This document shows positions 17,715-26,514 of a DNA stretch of 30,373 bases, piece after piece. The position numbers and the translations under genes are program-made. This DNA is from a virus. Position 1 is the stretch's first letter. Every line of letters begins with the position of its first letter. The notes beneath the pieces were generated by a model. That model was not told the origin of the DNA. It ran no database searches and saw only the letters and a list, made by a program, of their open reading frames with translations. Location: the UHGV virus genome UHGV-0127428. One strand, given 5' to 3'.

Positions 17715-17867
17715 TCAATCCTTAAGCCATTTCAACTCACTAAGGAGTTTTCTTTCTTCGTTCTCTCTCTGTTTACGCTCTAGCCAGGCTTTTCCTTCTG
17801 GCGTAGACAGGAACTTACGAGCGTGAATCTTGCGGTTATTACGTTTTATAGCTGCAATGTTTTTCAT
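17715..17867 (-). CDS. small basic protein (50 aa)
   Basis: ATG with gaggc SD; MKNIAAIKRNNRKIHARKFL...; convergent with the hydrophobic peptide gene. Confidence 0.3.
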   Translation of the reverse strand: MKNIAAIKRNNRKIHARKFLSTPEGKAWLERKQRENEERKLLSELKWLKD

Positions 17868-18457
17868 CGTGTTGCCTCTGTATTCATATGAAAATTAACA
17901 AGTTACATACTACACAGGGAGACTACGCATAAAACACAATACAAGTAAAGATACATTTTCAAGACAATAGGAGCCATAAAGCGCCTTTGATGGTTATACC
18001 AAAAAATAAGCGCCGTAGGCGTATCCACTAAAAAGGGCTTTTTCACAAAAGCTATGAAGTCTTAGCAGTTCTTCTCTTATCAGGCACCCGTTGTACTCCG
18101 GTGGACGAAACCGTGCTAGAGCTTGATTCTTTCCCGATCAAGTTAGGTTTTGAAGAGGTGGGCTTTGATCCACTATTGCACTTAAAACTCTTCCCATCAT
18201 TTAGCCTGTTTATCCTCTGCAACGTCTCACGACGTGTAGCATCATTGGACACCGCGCCAGGTGTGGAACATCTTGCTAAGAGTTTTGGTAGAAGGTTTAG
18301 AGACGGTGGCACGTCTTCCAGCTTCAAAGGAACTTGTTACGAGGTTGAGCCTGGGAACTACTCGCCCATACGTGTTACACTACCAAAGCCCATAACAACG
18401 TATAGGCGTTTGTAAGTGATAACAGAAGATACAATTTCTTAGAGAAGTTAAGCTAAG

Positions 18458-18519
18458 TTATTGATTTTCTTAATGGTGCCGATAATAGGAGTCGAACCTA
18501 CGACCTTCGCATTACGAAT
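18458..18519 (-). repeat. att core copy 2 carrying a 46-nt 3' fragment of tRNA-Thr (18474-18519)
   Basis: The reverse complement of 18474-18519 equals the tRNA-Thr(CGU) sequence from the anticodon loop to the CCA end (ATTCGTAATGCGAAGGTCGTAGGTTCGACTCCTATTATCGGCACCA). Similarity to the tRNA stops at 18520, so this is a displaced partial copy, not a gene. Flank ttattgatttt matches the other two copies. Confidence 0.8.
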
Positions 18520-18624
18520 CTGTAGCACCAATCATAACTATCTGTTTTAGCAAGCATTAACCGCATTCACTAAGCTATAGTTGATGGCACAAACAGAAAG
18601 TTGATGCATGATGTTGCCATGTGT

Positions 18625-18644
18625 ATGGCACAAATACGGCACAA
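18625..18644. repeat. 20-bp direct repeat atggcacaaatacggcacaa, also at 30271-30290; candidate integrase arm-type site
   Basis: Perfect 20-bp copy just inside each end of element C; a half-copy gatggcacaaa at 18583-18593. The right-hand copy lies within the 3' end of the int coding sequence. Confidence 0.4.
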
Positions 18645-18751
18645 CAATCTTAAAACATGTAGCCACGCATCCACAGAAGAGCACAAAGCCTTGCAATCCA
18701 GTGCAAAGCTTTGTGTGTCTCAGTTTTGTCTCATAGGTAACTCTGTGTTAA

Positions 18752-19042
18752 CTACGATGCAAGAATCCATACCAATAAGCATCCGATAATTGGGAAAGAA
18801 AAATCCATCAGGCTTGCCACATCCCATGCACGCGGATCAAAACCGCCCCACCACGGCATATTCATACGCTTGCCATGCCCGAACATTTCAATCCAGCGAT
18901 ATTCTGCCTGGGTATGTTCACGCGCAATGAAGAACGTACAACCGGCTATCGCTCCGTAAGCCCAGTTTCCGGTAAAAAGGCCAATCAGTACCTGCGCAGC
19001 CACAGCACAAAGCGCATGAAGTAAGGGGCTTATATCCATCAT
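18752..19042 (-). CDS. small integral membrane protein (96 aa, about three predicted TM helices)
   Basis: Hydrophobic segments LLHALCAVAAQVLIGLF, AYGAIAGCTFFIA and FSFPIIGCLLVWILAS; divergent from the GT2 gene. Confidence 0.45.
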   Translation of the reverse strand: MMDISPLLHALCAVAAQVLIGLFTGNWAYGAIAGCTFFIAREHTQAEYRWIEMFGHGKRMNMPWWGGFDPRAWDVASLMDFSFPIIGCLLVWILAS

Positions 19043-19323
19043 AAATTCTTCGACGAAACCACAGCATAATTTCTTTTGTTATTAAATCGGAAAACATTGT
19101 AACATGCGTTACTGGATTACTTGCTTCACTGTGAATGATATACATGATAGAATCTGCAACTCAAATCATATAAAACTTAAGCCGTTCCGCGTTTTATGCC
19201 CGTTGCTTCCACGGGCTATTTTCACAAAGATCACTCACAAAAATAATTATATTCACTTTTACTCTAATAAAGAATAAAATAATCAATCGTCAATTTGTAC
19301 CATTAATTTTGTTTCAAGCCTTC

Positions 19324-19352
19324 CCCGCTTTCGCGAGAATGCGGGGTTTTTT
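19324..19352 (+). terminator. rho-independent terminator-like hairpin
   Basis: ccccgc ... gcgggg stem followed by ttttttat, in the AT-rich intergenic region between the membrane protein gene and the GT2 gene. Confidence 0.4.
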
Positions 19353-19632
19353 ATATGGACATAACTTCCCACCCACTATTTGTACACTTATAATTCAGAT
19401 TCGCTGAAAGACGTTCAGAATGTACTTTGACAGATTTAATCATGTTTCACTTATCACCAACAAAATCATCACCAAGAAAACTATTGCACACATTAACTAT
19501 ACCTCGTCGCATTGCAGCATGGTATGCAGATGACATCATTAAATGATGTTACAATGCTGAGATATAATGCTTCATGTTATGATGATAGCATTTTGAACAT
19601 TCATAAACACTACTAATATTAGAGGCTACGAT

Positions 19633-20937
19633 ATGAGAAATGATATTACTGCCACGTCTGAAAATATAGTGGATTTTTTTAAACAGACATCATTAAATGA
19701 CTACATAAAAAAAGCATGGCTATACAATGAAAATTGCTTCGTTGTTGATTTTGAATATAAGAGCGTGAAATTTGCTCTGGATTTCTCATATGATCAAACA
19801 ATCGATAAACAAAATTTAAATGTTGATTTCGTACTAAGAAGCAATCCGTTTAACTTCACAATTGCGAAGGGGAAAAATAAAGAACGTATATCATCAGAGG
19901 CAAATCTTACATCTGCATTGGCTTCTTCCCTTCTAAAAATAACAAGTGTAATTAACATCATTAACTCTTGTCGCCCTATTGATGTTAGTGTAGTTATACC
20001 TGTACATAACCGCGAAAAACTTATTCTTGAATGTATTAACTCACTTAATAACCAAACAATTAACAAGGATCGTTTTGAGGTTGTTTTCATCGATGATTGC
20101 TCAAGTGACAAAAGCATTGCCGCTATAGAATATAATATATCACCAGATATTAATTACAGAATTATCCGCCGCGAAGTTGGTTCTGGCAACGCTTCAACTC
20201 CACGCAATGAGGGTATAAAATCAGCAAAAGGTCGTTATATTTTTTTCATGGATTCTGATGATTATATTGACGAAACTCTTCTTGAGAGAGGGATGCAAAT
20301 TGCTGATAAAAATAACAGTGATGTTGTTTACTTCAAAATTGCATCAGATGGAAGTCGTGAGGTGCCGATCCGTCCATACAAAGTAAAAATTGTAGATAAA
20401 GCCGATATAACCAAGCACCATCTATTGCGGTCATTAACTATATTCAAATTCTTCAGAAGAAACATGCTTAAAGAGCATAACATACTCTTTAATCCTGCTA
20501 TCACTGTAGCTGAAGATAAAATATTCATGGTTCACGTTTTGTCTGTGGCCAAGAATATATCCATTCTTGCCGACAAAGATTATTATCACATAACACTTCA
20601 TGATGGAAGTCATTTATCACGACAAAAATTCCCTCTTGAGGATAGGCATTTCATTCTCAACTCGATCATTAACACTATTTACTTTTGCGAAAAAACGGAT
20701 GAAGAAAAGGCCAAGCTTTACAATGCGTGGCTGGTGATATGCCTTGAAATGATGGAAAAGGTATGTGGTAAAGCAGGTGGCAACGAGCAAAAGAAACGGA
20801 TGTTCTTTAACATGCTTTCAACAGCTTTCAATATCCGCTCAGATTTAGTAAATCAGGATATGATTTATCCCCCTCAGCGTAAGTTCATCAAACCTTTTTT
20901 ACAAAATAATTATGAAGGTTTTATAGCTGAAATTTAA
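19633..20937 (+). CDS. family-2 glycosyltransferase (GT2) with an N-terminal extension of unknown function
   Basis: GT2 core VSVVIPVHNREKLILECINSLNNQ...FEVVFIDDCSSD...YIFFMDSDDYID with a DxD motif, preceded by about 115 aa of unknown sequence; no obvious TM segment; very AT-rich codon usage. Confidence 0.75.
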   Translation: MRNDITATSENIVDFFKQTSLNDYIKKAWLYNENCFVVDFEYKSVKFALDFSYDQTIDKQNLNVDFVLRSNPFNFTIAKGKNKERISSEANLTSALASSLLKITSVINIINSCRPIDVSVVIPVHNREKLILECINSLNNQTINKDRFEVVFIDDCSSDKSIAAIEYNISPDINYRIIRREVGSGNASTPRNEGIKSAKGRYIFFMDSDDYIDETLLERGMQIADKNNSDVVYFKIASDGSREVPIRPYKVKIVDKADITKHHLLRSLTIFKFFRRNMLKEHNILFNPAITVAEDKIFMVHVLSVAKNISILADKDYYHITLHDGSHLSRQKFPLEDRHFILNSIINTIYFCEKTDEEKAKLYNAWLVICLEMMEKVCGKAGGNEQKKRMFFNMLSTAFNIRSDLVNQDMIYPPQRKFIKPFLQNNYEGFIAEI

Positions 20938-20943
20938 AACATT

Positions 20944-20962
20944 GCCCAGCATGTAGCTGGGC
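20944..20962. terminator. hairpin between convergent GT2 and tailspike genes
   Basis: gcccagc atgta gctgggc perfect 7-bp stem; lacks a strong T-run. Confidence 0.3.
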
Positions 20963-20983
20963 ATACATTAAAAGTATCACATG

Positions 20984-23377
20984 TCAACCATTTGGTATTG
21001 ACTTTAATAATCTTTCCAGATAATTAATCCTTGATGTGATATTAGCAATATTCTGCTCATGGTTATGATATAGTGCGCTCATTGCCAGAAACATTAACTC
21101 GTCATAGCGCACTGATAATTTCCTTCCTGATTCTACAAGTAACCTTATTTCACCCGTTTCATACTCTTCTTCCTCTGTGATTTCATCATGCTGGCCCGAT
21201 TCTTCATCAATCAAAATTTTTCTGGTTACATTTCTTGTTGCATAGACTTTCTCGTACTCGTCATCCCACTCTTCATAGCAAAGAACTCCATAAGAAAATG
21301 CATCAAGCCCTTCAGATTCAAAGATGGATTGTATATCTTGCGCAATTACACCGATATGCTCACGCGCTGATAAGCCTTTTTCTTTTACAGCATCCTTCAT
21401 TCTGAATTTTTTTATCAGCGGGTAAATAGCCATTCCAACCCGTAGTTCTGCATCAGATAATGAAGTTTCATCCTGCTTGTAATTTCTGTCGCTGGTTACG
21501 ATGGGACTATTATTGATATACAGGTTTCTGACAGTATTCGACTGTGTACCAATATCATAAAGATTTGAACCTGATGGTCGAAAATGACCTAATTCTGTTA
21601 ATACCCATCTGTCACGCAAGCCGTCACTCTCTCCCATGGTTCCAAAGTAGAAAGCAACCGGGATATTGTCTCCGGAAGGATTACCTCTTGTGACGCATTT
21701 AATGCGTGCGCATTGCACAGCCTTACTACCTGTATCACCAGCCCATACATGAGTACCCAATACATCCCCTGTCTGCAGAGCTCCAAAATTATCAGTTGAT
21801 ACAACACCAGAGCGAGACTTATACATTATTGCTCTTGGTCCTTCTGCGGTGTCTGACTGATGCCGGGAAACCCATGAGTTGCTCATCCCTTCCGTGCCGT
21901 TTGAAGCTAACTGCATTCCACCAGTAATTCCGCCATCAAGAAACAATATAGGGTTATCCCGGTTAGTTTGAATACCCTTTCTTGTTGGCCAAACTGTCCA
22001 GTGAAAAGTATCATTGTACTCCCTTACTCCATATTTGAACTCCGGGGAGCCAGAACTATGAAGACCAGTATTACTGGATACAGAACGGCTTGCTTTGCTT
22101 TGCACTACCGAACCAGACCTGCCTATATCAAACAGATATACATTTTTCCCGTTCTCAGCAACTCCTTTATATGTGCATATCCCCAGCGTTAAAACATACC
22201 CACTCTCCGTTCTAATTACTGTTAGGGACTCAGGCTCTTTATAAACAGGAGTTCCTGTACTGTCAGATTTTGCTTCATCATCACCAACAGTTGAAATATC
22301 TACTCGCTCAATAAACCTGCCTGTTAAGTCAAATACGTAAATATAATTAGTCATGCCAACATACGTATGTGACTCAAGTATGTAAATGTATGCCCCATCG
22401 CAAGCAATTGATTGGGTAAATGCTTCTTGTGATGGTTTTTGATAGCTAAACTCAACTAAATAATCATCACTATAATCAGTTTTATGAGCTCTGTTATTCC
22501 ACATGCTGACTATGTCGAAAACACGAACCGTGCAGGTAATTCCATCCGATGAAATTTTCTTGGCAAGTAGATAGTTTTCACAACTTGATACAGTTGGAGT
22601 AGAGCTTGCGCTCATTCCATCATAGGGGAACAACTTCCAGGTGATAAAACCTTCAGATACTCCGTTGGTTGTCCCTGTGTAACTCAATATATTTTCCATC
22701 GAAATACATTGATTGGCGGCATCGGTTCCATAAGGCTTCGATGTCCACAGCACGACAGTACCATCAGGATTATGATGCAATCCAAGCCCCTGATGCCCAA
22801 GTTCAGTAGAACGGGTTCTGTCGTATCTTCCTAGTTCACCAGAATTCGTCACGTCAAAGGCATTAATGCAATAACCGTATGCTGTGGTAGATGATAAAGT
22901 AAAAATCTTGTCGTTAATTTCATCATAACAACACCCCTGAATGACCGCATATAACCCCCCCGCACCTTCAGTTCTGCGCAACGTGTGTCTGGTGTTATAT
23001 ACTTTTGGCATTCCGGAAAATATCAATGGCTCTCTTTTATCTCTTAATTTAAGATCACCAATCGCAATTCGTTTACTGCCATCACGAATAAAAGAACCAT
23101 TTATATAGCTATTTTCAATAAAACTTTTAGTAACAAAAAATGCTCTTCCACTTAAATCAATAACCCTATTTTTTATATCCATTTCCAACGCGACAAATGC
23201 TTCAGTATCATCGCTAATCCCATCCCCCTTAGCTCCAAAATAAAGAGGAGACATATTTAGCATATCATTTGATAATACTTTTTGTTTAAACTGATCCGGG
23301 TCATACTTCAGCACATTAGGAAAATAGAACTGCTGCGCACCGTACGCATCATAAACAGCCATAGAATGGCCTTGCAC
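20984..23377 (-). CDS. tailspike/tail-fibre protein, 5'-truncated: end of a P22-type head-binding domain, beta-helix domain, C-terminal intramolecular chaperone (S74-like) domain
   Basis: N-terminus [29 protein letters not shown] matches the end of the P22 tailspike head-binding domain, then a pectate-lyase-like motif [14 protein letters not shown]. The C-terminal region (SDAELRV...[10 protein letters not shown]...) matches the S74 chaperone pattern. P22-like sequence continues upstream of the GTG start to a stop at 23429-23431. Confidence 0.65.
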   Translation of the reverse strand: MQGHSMAVYDAYGAQQFYFPNVLKYDPDQFKQKVLSNDMLNMSPLYFGAKGDGISDDTEAFVALEMDIKNRVIDLSGRAFFVTKSFIENSYINGSFIRDGSKRIAIGDLKLRDKREPLIFSGMPKVYNTRHTLRRTEGAGGLYAVIQGCCYDEINDKIFTLSSTTAYGYCINAFDVTNSGELGRYDRTRSTELGHQGLGLHHNPDGTVVLWTSKPYGTDAANQCISMENILSYTGTTNGVSEGFITWKLFPYDGMSASSTPTVSSCENYLLAKKISSDGITCTVRVFDIVSMWNNRAHKTDYSDDYLVEFSYQKPSQEAFTQSIACDGAYIYILESHTYVGMTNYIYVFDLTGRFIERVDISTVGDDEAKSDSTGTPVYKEPESLTVIRTESGYVLTLGICTYKGVAENGKNVYLFDIGRSGSVVQSKASRSVSSNTGLHSSGSPEFKYGVREYNDTFHWTVWPTRKGIQTNRDNPILFLDGGITGGMQLASNGTEGMSNSWVSRHQSDTAEGPRAIMYKSRSGVVSTDNFGALQTGDVLGTHVWAGDTGSKAVQCARIKCVTRGNPSGDNIPVAFYFGTMGESDGLRDRWVLTELGHFRPSGSNLYDIGTQSNTVRNLYINNSPIVTSDRNYKQDETSLSDAELRVGMAIYPLIKKFRMKDAVKEKGLSAREHIGVIAQDIQSIFESEGLDAFSYGVLCYEEWDDEYEKVYATRNVTRKILIDEESGQHDEITEEEEYETGEIRLLVESGRKLSVRYDELMFLAMSALYHNHEQNIANITSRINYLERLLKSIPNG

Positions 23378-23460
23378 AGTTACGAATTTGGCAATCTGTC
23401 CGTTATATACCGGGTATCGTTGAATTCGTTAAACAGCAAGAGCAGTTATTCTGCGGAGCA

Positions 23461-24318
23461 TTGACTGAACAGACGGTGACATGGGCTAAGGAAAGCCAGT
23501 TTGCAATTCAGTATTTCCAGAAAAATGATTACCTGGCTAAAACAGCACTGGCAAATCCAACCAGCGCACAGAACGCCATCATCAATGTTGCGGCGATCGG
23601 TATCACCTTAAACCCGGCTAGCAAACTGGCTTATCTGGTTCCGCGCGACGGCATGGTGTGCCTTGATATCAGTTATATGGGATTGCTCCATATTGCAATG
23701 GAGTCTGGTGTTATCTCATGGGGTCAGGCAAAACTTGTTCATGCTAACGATACCTATGAGTCAAACGGGCTTGATAAAGCACCAACCCATAAATACAACG
23801 CCTTCGGTGATCGTGGTGATATTGTTGGCGTTTACTGCACAGTTAAGACGCCAGCAGGTGATTATCTAACGGAAGAGATGAGTCTGGCTGAAATTGAGGC
23901 TGTAAGGAAAACAAGCAAGGCAGCATTCAGCGATAAAGGACCATGGGTAAATCACTGGAATGAGATGGCGCGAAAGACGGTCGTAAAGCGTGCAAGCAAG
24001 TATTGGCCTAAGGCATCACGTCTTGATAGTGCTATTCACGTACTAAACGAAGAAGAAGGTGTGTGGACTGAACCAGTTATGCCGCACAAATCAGAGGAAG
24101 ATATCCGCGAAGATGAACGGAAACGACAGCAGGAAATTATGGAAAAAGCACAACTTCTTTGTGATGAAATGGCTCAGGCTGAAAACATGGATGATTTGAA
24201 GCGATATTTTGCAGAAGCATATCGCCTGACATCTGGAATGAAATTGCAGCAGAACGTACAAGCCATTTACATAGAATGCAAAGCGAAACTGGAGGTTGCC
24301 AGTGAGCAAACTGTATGA
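23461..24318 (+). CDS. recT: RecT-family single-strand annealing recombinase
   Basis: GPWVNHWNEMARKTVVKRASKYWP resembles the conserved RecT motif (GPWVTHWEEMAKKTAIRRLFKYLP in Rac RecT as recalled). TTG start with ggag 7 nt upstream. Confidence 0.75.
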   Translation: MTEQTVTWAKESQFAIQYFQKNDYLAKTALANPTSAQNAIINVAAIGITLNPASKLAYLVPRDGMVCLDISYMGLLHIAMESGVISWGQAKLVHANDTYESNGLDKAPTHKYNAFGDRGDIVGVYCTVKTPAGDYLTEEMSLAEIEAVRKTSKAAFSDKGPWVNHWNEMARKTVVKRASKYWPKASRLDSAIHVLNEEEGVWTEPVMPHKSEEDIREDERKRQQEIMEKAQLLCDEMAQAENMDDLKRYFAEAYRLTSGMKLQQNVQAIYIECKAKLEVASEQTV

Positions 24319-24784
24319 AATTGCCAATGAATACGCAAAATTGATGGATTCAGATTTAGAACCAGAGATGATTGCTGACACAATAGAAGGCATGGAAGGA
24401 GAATTTACCGATAAAATAGAGCAACTTCTTTCCGTCATTAAAAATGAATCTGGTTATGCTGAACGCCTCAAGGAAGAGGCAAAGTCACTGAATGAGCGAG
24501 CCGCAGTAATTCAAAATAAGATTGACAGCATCAAATCATATATAGCGTCATCGCTTGAAATGGTTGGCAAGAAAAATATTCGAGCAGGTATTCACCAGGT
24601 AACAATCCGCAAACCGTCAGAAATTGTAGAAATCATCGACTCAAGCGCCCTTCCTCCTGAATACGTTGAGTTCGAAACGACAATTAAAGCCGACAAACTG
24701 GCAATCAAACACCAACTAAAAGAAGGAATAAATATCCCCGGTGCTCAACTCAAAGTTGGGAAACCTTCACTTCTTATCAAATAA
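24302..24784 (+). CDS. Gp157-like protein (siphovirus Gp157 family), commonly next to phage recombinases
   Basis: About 160 aa, helical, immediately downstream of recT; GTG at 24302 with a ggagg SD. Family assignment is from memory of the general pattern. Confidence 0.45.
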   Translation: MSKLYEIANEYAKLMDSDLEPEMIADTIEGMEGEFTDKIEQLLSVIKNESGYAERLKEEAKSLNERAAVIQNKIDSIKSYIASSLEMVGKKNIRAGIHQVTIRKPSEIVEIIDSSALPPEYVEFETTIKADKLAIKHQLKEGINIPGAQLKVGKPSLLIK

Positions 24785-24795
24785 CGGTATCGCCT

Positions 24796-25110
24796 ATGAA
24801 AAAGACTCCATGGGAGAAATGGGAAGTCGATTTCTTGCGCGAAGTAGCGGCGACAATGCCAGTTGAAGTTATCGCTGAAAAACTGGAAAGGACTGAAAAA
24901 GCAGTTATGGCGAAAGCAACAAGGATTGGCGCTGACATTGTTAGCCGACTTCGTGGAAGACGCTGGACAAGAGCTGAAGTATCACTTTTCGGTAAGTTCT
25001 CCGCAGAAGAAATAGCAATTGCAACCTGCCGCTCAATTTATTCAGTAAGAGCTATGCGATACAAGCTAAAAAAACTTGATGAAGAAAGAGCAGGCATACG
25101 AATAAATTAA
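24796..25110 (+). CDS. hypothetical protein with an internal tandem duplication of a ~40-aa W-containing helical motif
   Basis: Two similar halves ([32 protein letters not shown]... and [31 protein letters not shown]...), suggesting a duplicated HTH-like unit. Confidence 0.45.
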   Translation: MKKTPWEKWEVDFLREVAATMPVEVIAEKLERTEKAVMAKATRIGADIVSRLRGRRWTRAEVSLFGKFSAEEIAIATCRSIYSVRAMRYKLKKLDEERAGIRIN

Positions 25111-25126
25111 CAAAGAGGAATTTACC

Positions 25127-25291
25127 ATGAGAGGACTTGCATACAATCCCGGCATTCTTCCGGCAGAAATGATTATTCGCCAACGCGTAAAGCCAATGCC
25201 ATCGAGAGAGGAATTGCTTAAAAGAAATTCTTTTCCATCAGTGAATCAAAACAAATATCTGAATGCGATGTGGCGGAGTGGGAAGAAATGA
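25127..25291 (+). CDS. small hypothetical ORF (54 aa)
   Basis: ATG with aagagga SD; stop overlaps the start of the next gene (ATGA); no homology recognised. Confidence 0.25.
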   Translation: MRGLAYNPGILPAEMIIRQRVKPMPSREELLKRNSFPSVNQNKYLNAMWRSGKK

Positions 25292-25830
25292 AACAAATGT
25301 CACTAATTGAGATGGATGGTTTTCTGAAAGGTAAATGCATCCCACGAGATTTAAAGGTTAACGAAACAAACGCTGAATATCTGGTGCGTAAATTTGCTGA
25401 AGCGGAGGCCAAGATTTCAGCTCTGTCCGAGGACCAACAGAAAGCGATTGAGTCAATTAAGCAGGCTGATGCAGCTGTTAAGTTGGCACACGAGAAGTTT
25501 TCGGCGCTGGCGGCGGAGAATGCGGGGCTGAAACACGCAATGGCCGTAACTCTTGAGCATGTGTCGGTCACGGATGCAGGGCAGGCCGGAGTTGCTGCAA
25601 TGATTATCAACGATGCCCTGCACCACAGCGAAAACCCAGCCACCGATGCTTTCATGGCTGAAGTACGGGCCAGCGAACTTGATAGCTTGGCTGGCTTGGC
25701 TGAAACAATGTTGGTCAAATTCTCCAATCAGCAGTGCTCATCTGATATGCATGAGGTTGTTGGCTGGAAGATGGTTCTCCAGCAGGCCAATAATCGCGCC
25801 GCCCAGCTTCGCAAAGGAGGCAACCAGTGA
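25288..25830 (+). CDS. protein with a YfdS-like N-terminal domain and a divergent Ala-rich C-terminus
   Basis: [36 protein letters not shown] parallels [35 protein letters not shown] of the yfdS-like gene at 3835; the rest is unrelated. Confidence 0.5.
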   Translation: MKQMSLIEMDGFLKGKCIPRDLKVNETNAEYLVRKFAEAEAKISALSEDQQKAIESIKQADAAVKLAHEKFSALAAENAGLKHAMAVTLEHVSVTDAGQAGVAAMIINDALHHSENPATDAFMAEVRASELDSLAGLAETMLVKFSNQQCSSDMHEVVGWKMVLQQANNRAAQLRKGGNQ

Positions 25831-26513
25831 GCGAAATTAATTACCAGGCACTGCGTGAGGCGGCGGAACGTGCAATTCCAGCAATGGAACGCCTGTTAAT
25901 GTTGCCAGCTGATGATGATTTGTTAAGTGAACAGGAACTTAAAGATTATGGTGTGGATATTGATGCGCTCAACGCCTTCAAATTTCTGGACGGACCAGAA
26001 ACCGTGCTGGCACTACTGGATGAACTGGAAAGAAACCAGCAATACATCAAAAGCCGTGATCATGAGAACGAGGATATTGCGCTAACGGTAGGGAAGCTGC
26101 GCGTTGAGCTGGAAGGCAAAGACAGCAAAATAGCCAATCTTACCGCCGAACGCGATGCTCTTCGTGAAGGTGAGATGGGCGACGCTAGGCATAGCAACAC
26201 ACGGGCCGCAGCTGATATCTACTTCCAACTGGTCGAGGAGTGCGAAATTCCTGCTGGCGGATCTCTGGTCGAGTACGTTGACGATATGCGCGAGAAGCTG
26301 GAAGCCGCAGAGAAGCGCATTGCAGAGTTAGAAAGTGGTTCTCAGGCACAAAAGTTAGTTGAAGCAATCATTGTTGCGATAGAAAACGAACAGGAAAGGC
26401 TTTTTGATGAAGATTACCTAATGGATTCGAAAGAATGCATTGACGTAATTCGTGAAGAAGTAAAGCGATGGAATGATTCCCGTGCCGCTGGCATTCGCAT
26501 CAAAGGAGAGTGA
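25827..26513 (+). CDS. Ea22-like coiled-coil early protein candidate
   Basis: GTG start with aaggagg SD overlapping the upstream stop; acidic, predicted coiled-coil protein in the early-left operon. Confidence 0.35.
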   Translation: MSEINYQALREAAERAIPAMERLLMLPADDDLLSEQELKDYGVDIDALNAFKFLDGPETVLALLDELERNQQYIKSRDHENEDIALTVGKLRVELEGKDSKIANLTAERDALREGEMGDARHSNTRAAADIYFQLVEECEIPAGGSLVEYVDDMREKLEAAEKRIAELESGSQAQKLVEAIIVAIENEQERLFDEDYLMDSKECIDVIREEVKRWNDSRAAGIRIKGE

Positions 26514-26514
26514 G

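Noticed and set aside
18052-18415. ORFs 18052-18327 (-) and 18101-18415 (+) next to att copy 2
   Set aside because: They overlap each other, have no convincing RBS or recognisable family, and sit at the decayed right end of element B. Left unannotated as coding; a noncoding function is possible.
18474-18519. Possible complete tRNA gene at att copy 2
   Set aside because: Only the 46-nt anticodon-loop-to-CCA segment matches tRNA-Thr; the 5' half is absent, so it is a displaced att fragment.
25218-25727. Minus-strand 169-aa ORF
   Set aside because: Antisense to the YfdS-like-domain gene; Ala/Ser-rich shadow frame.
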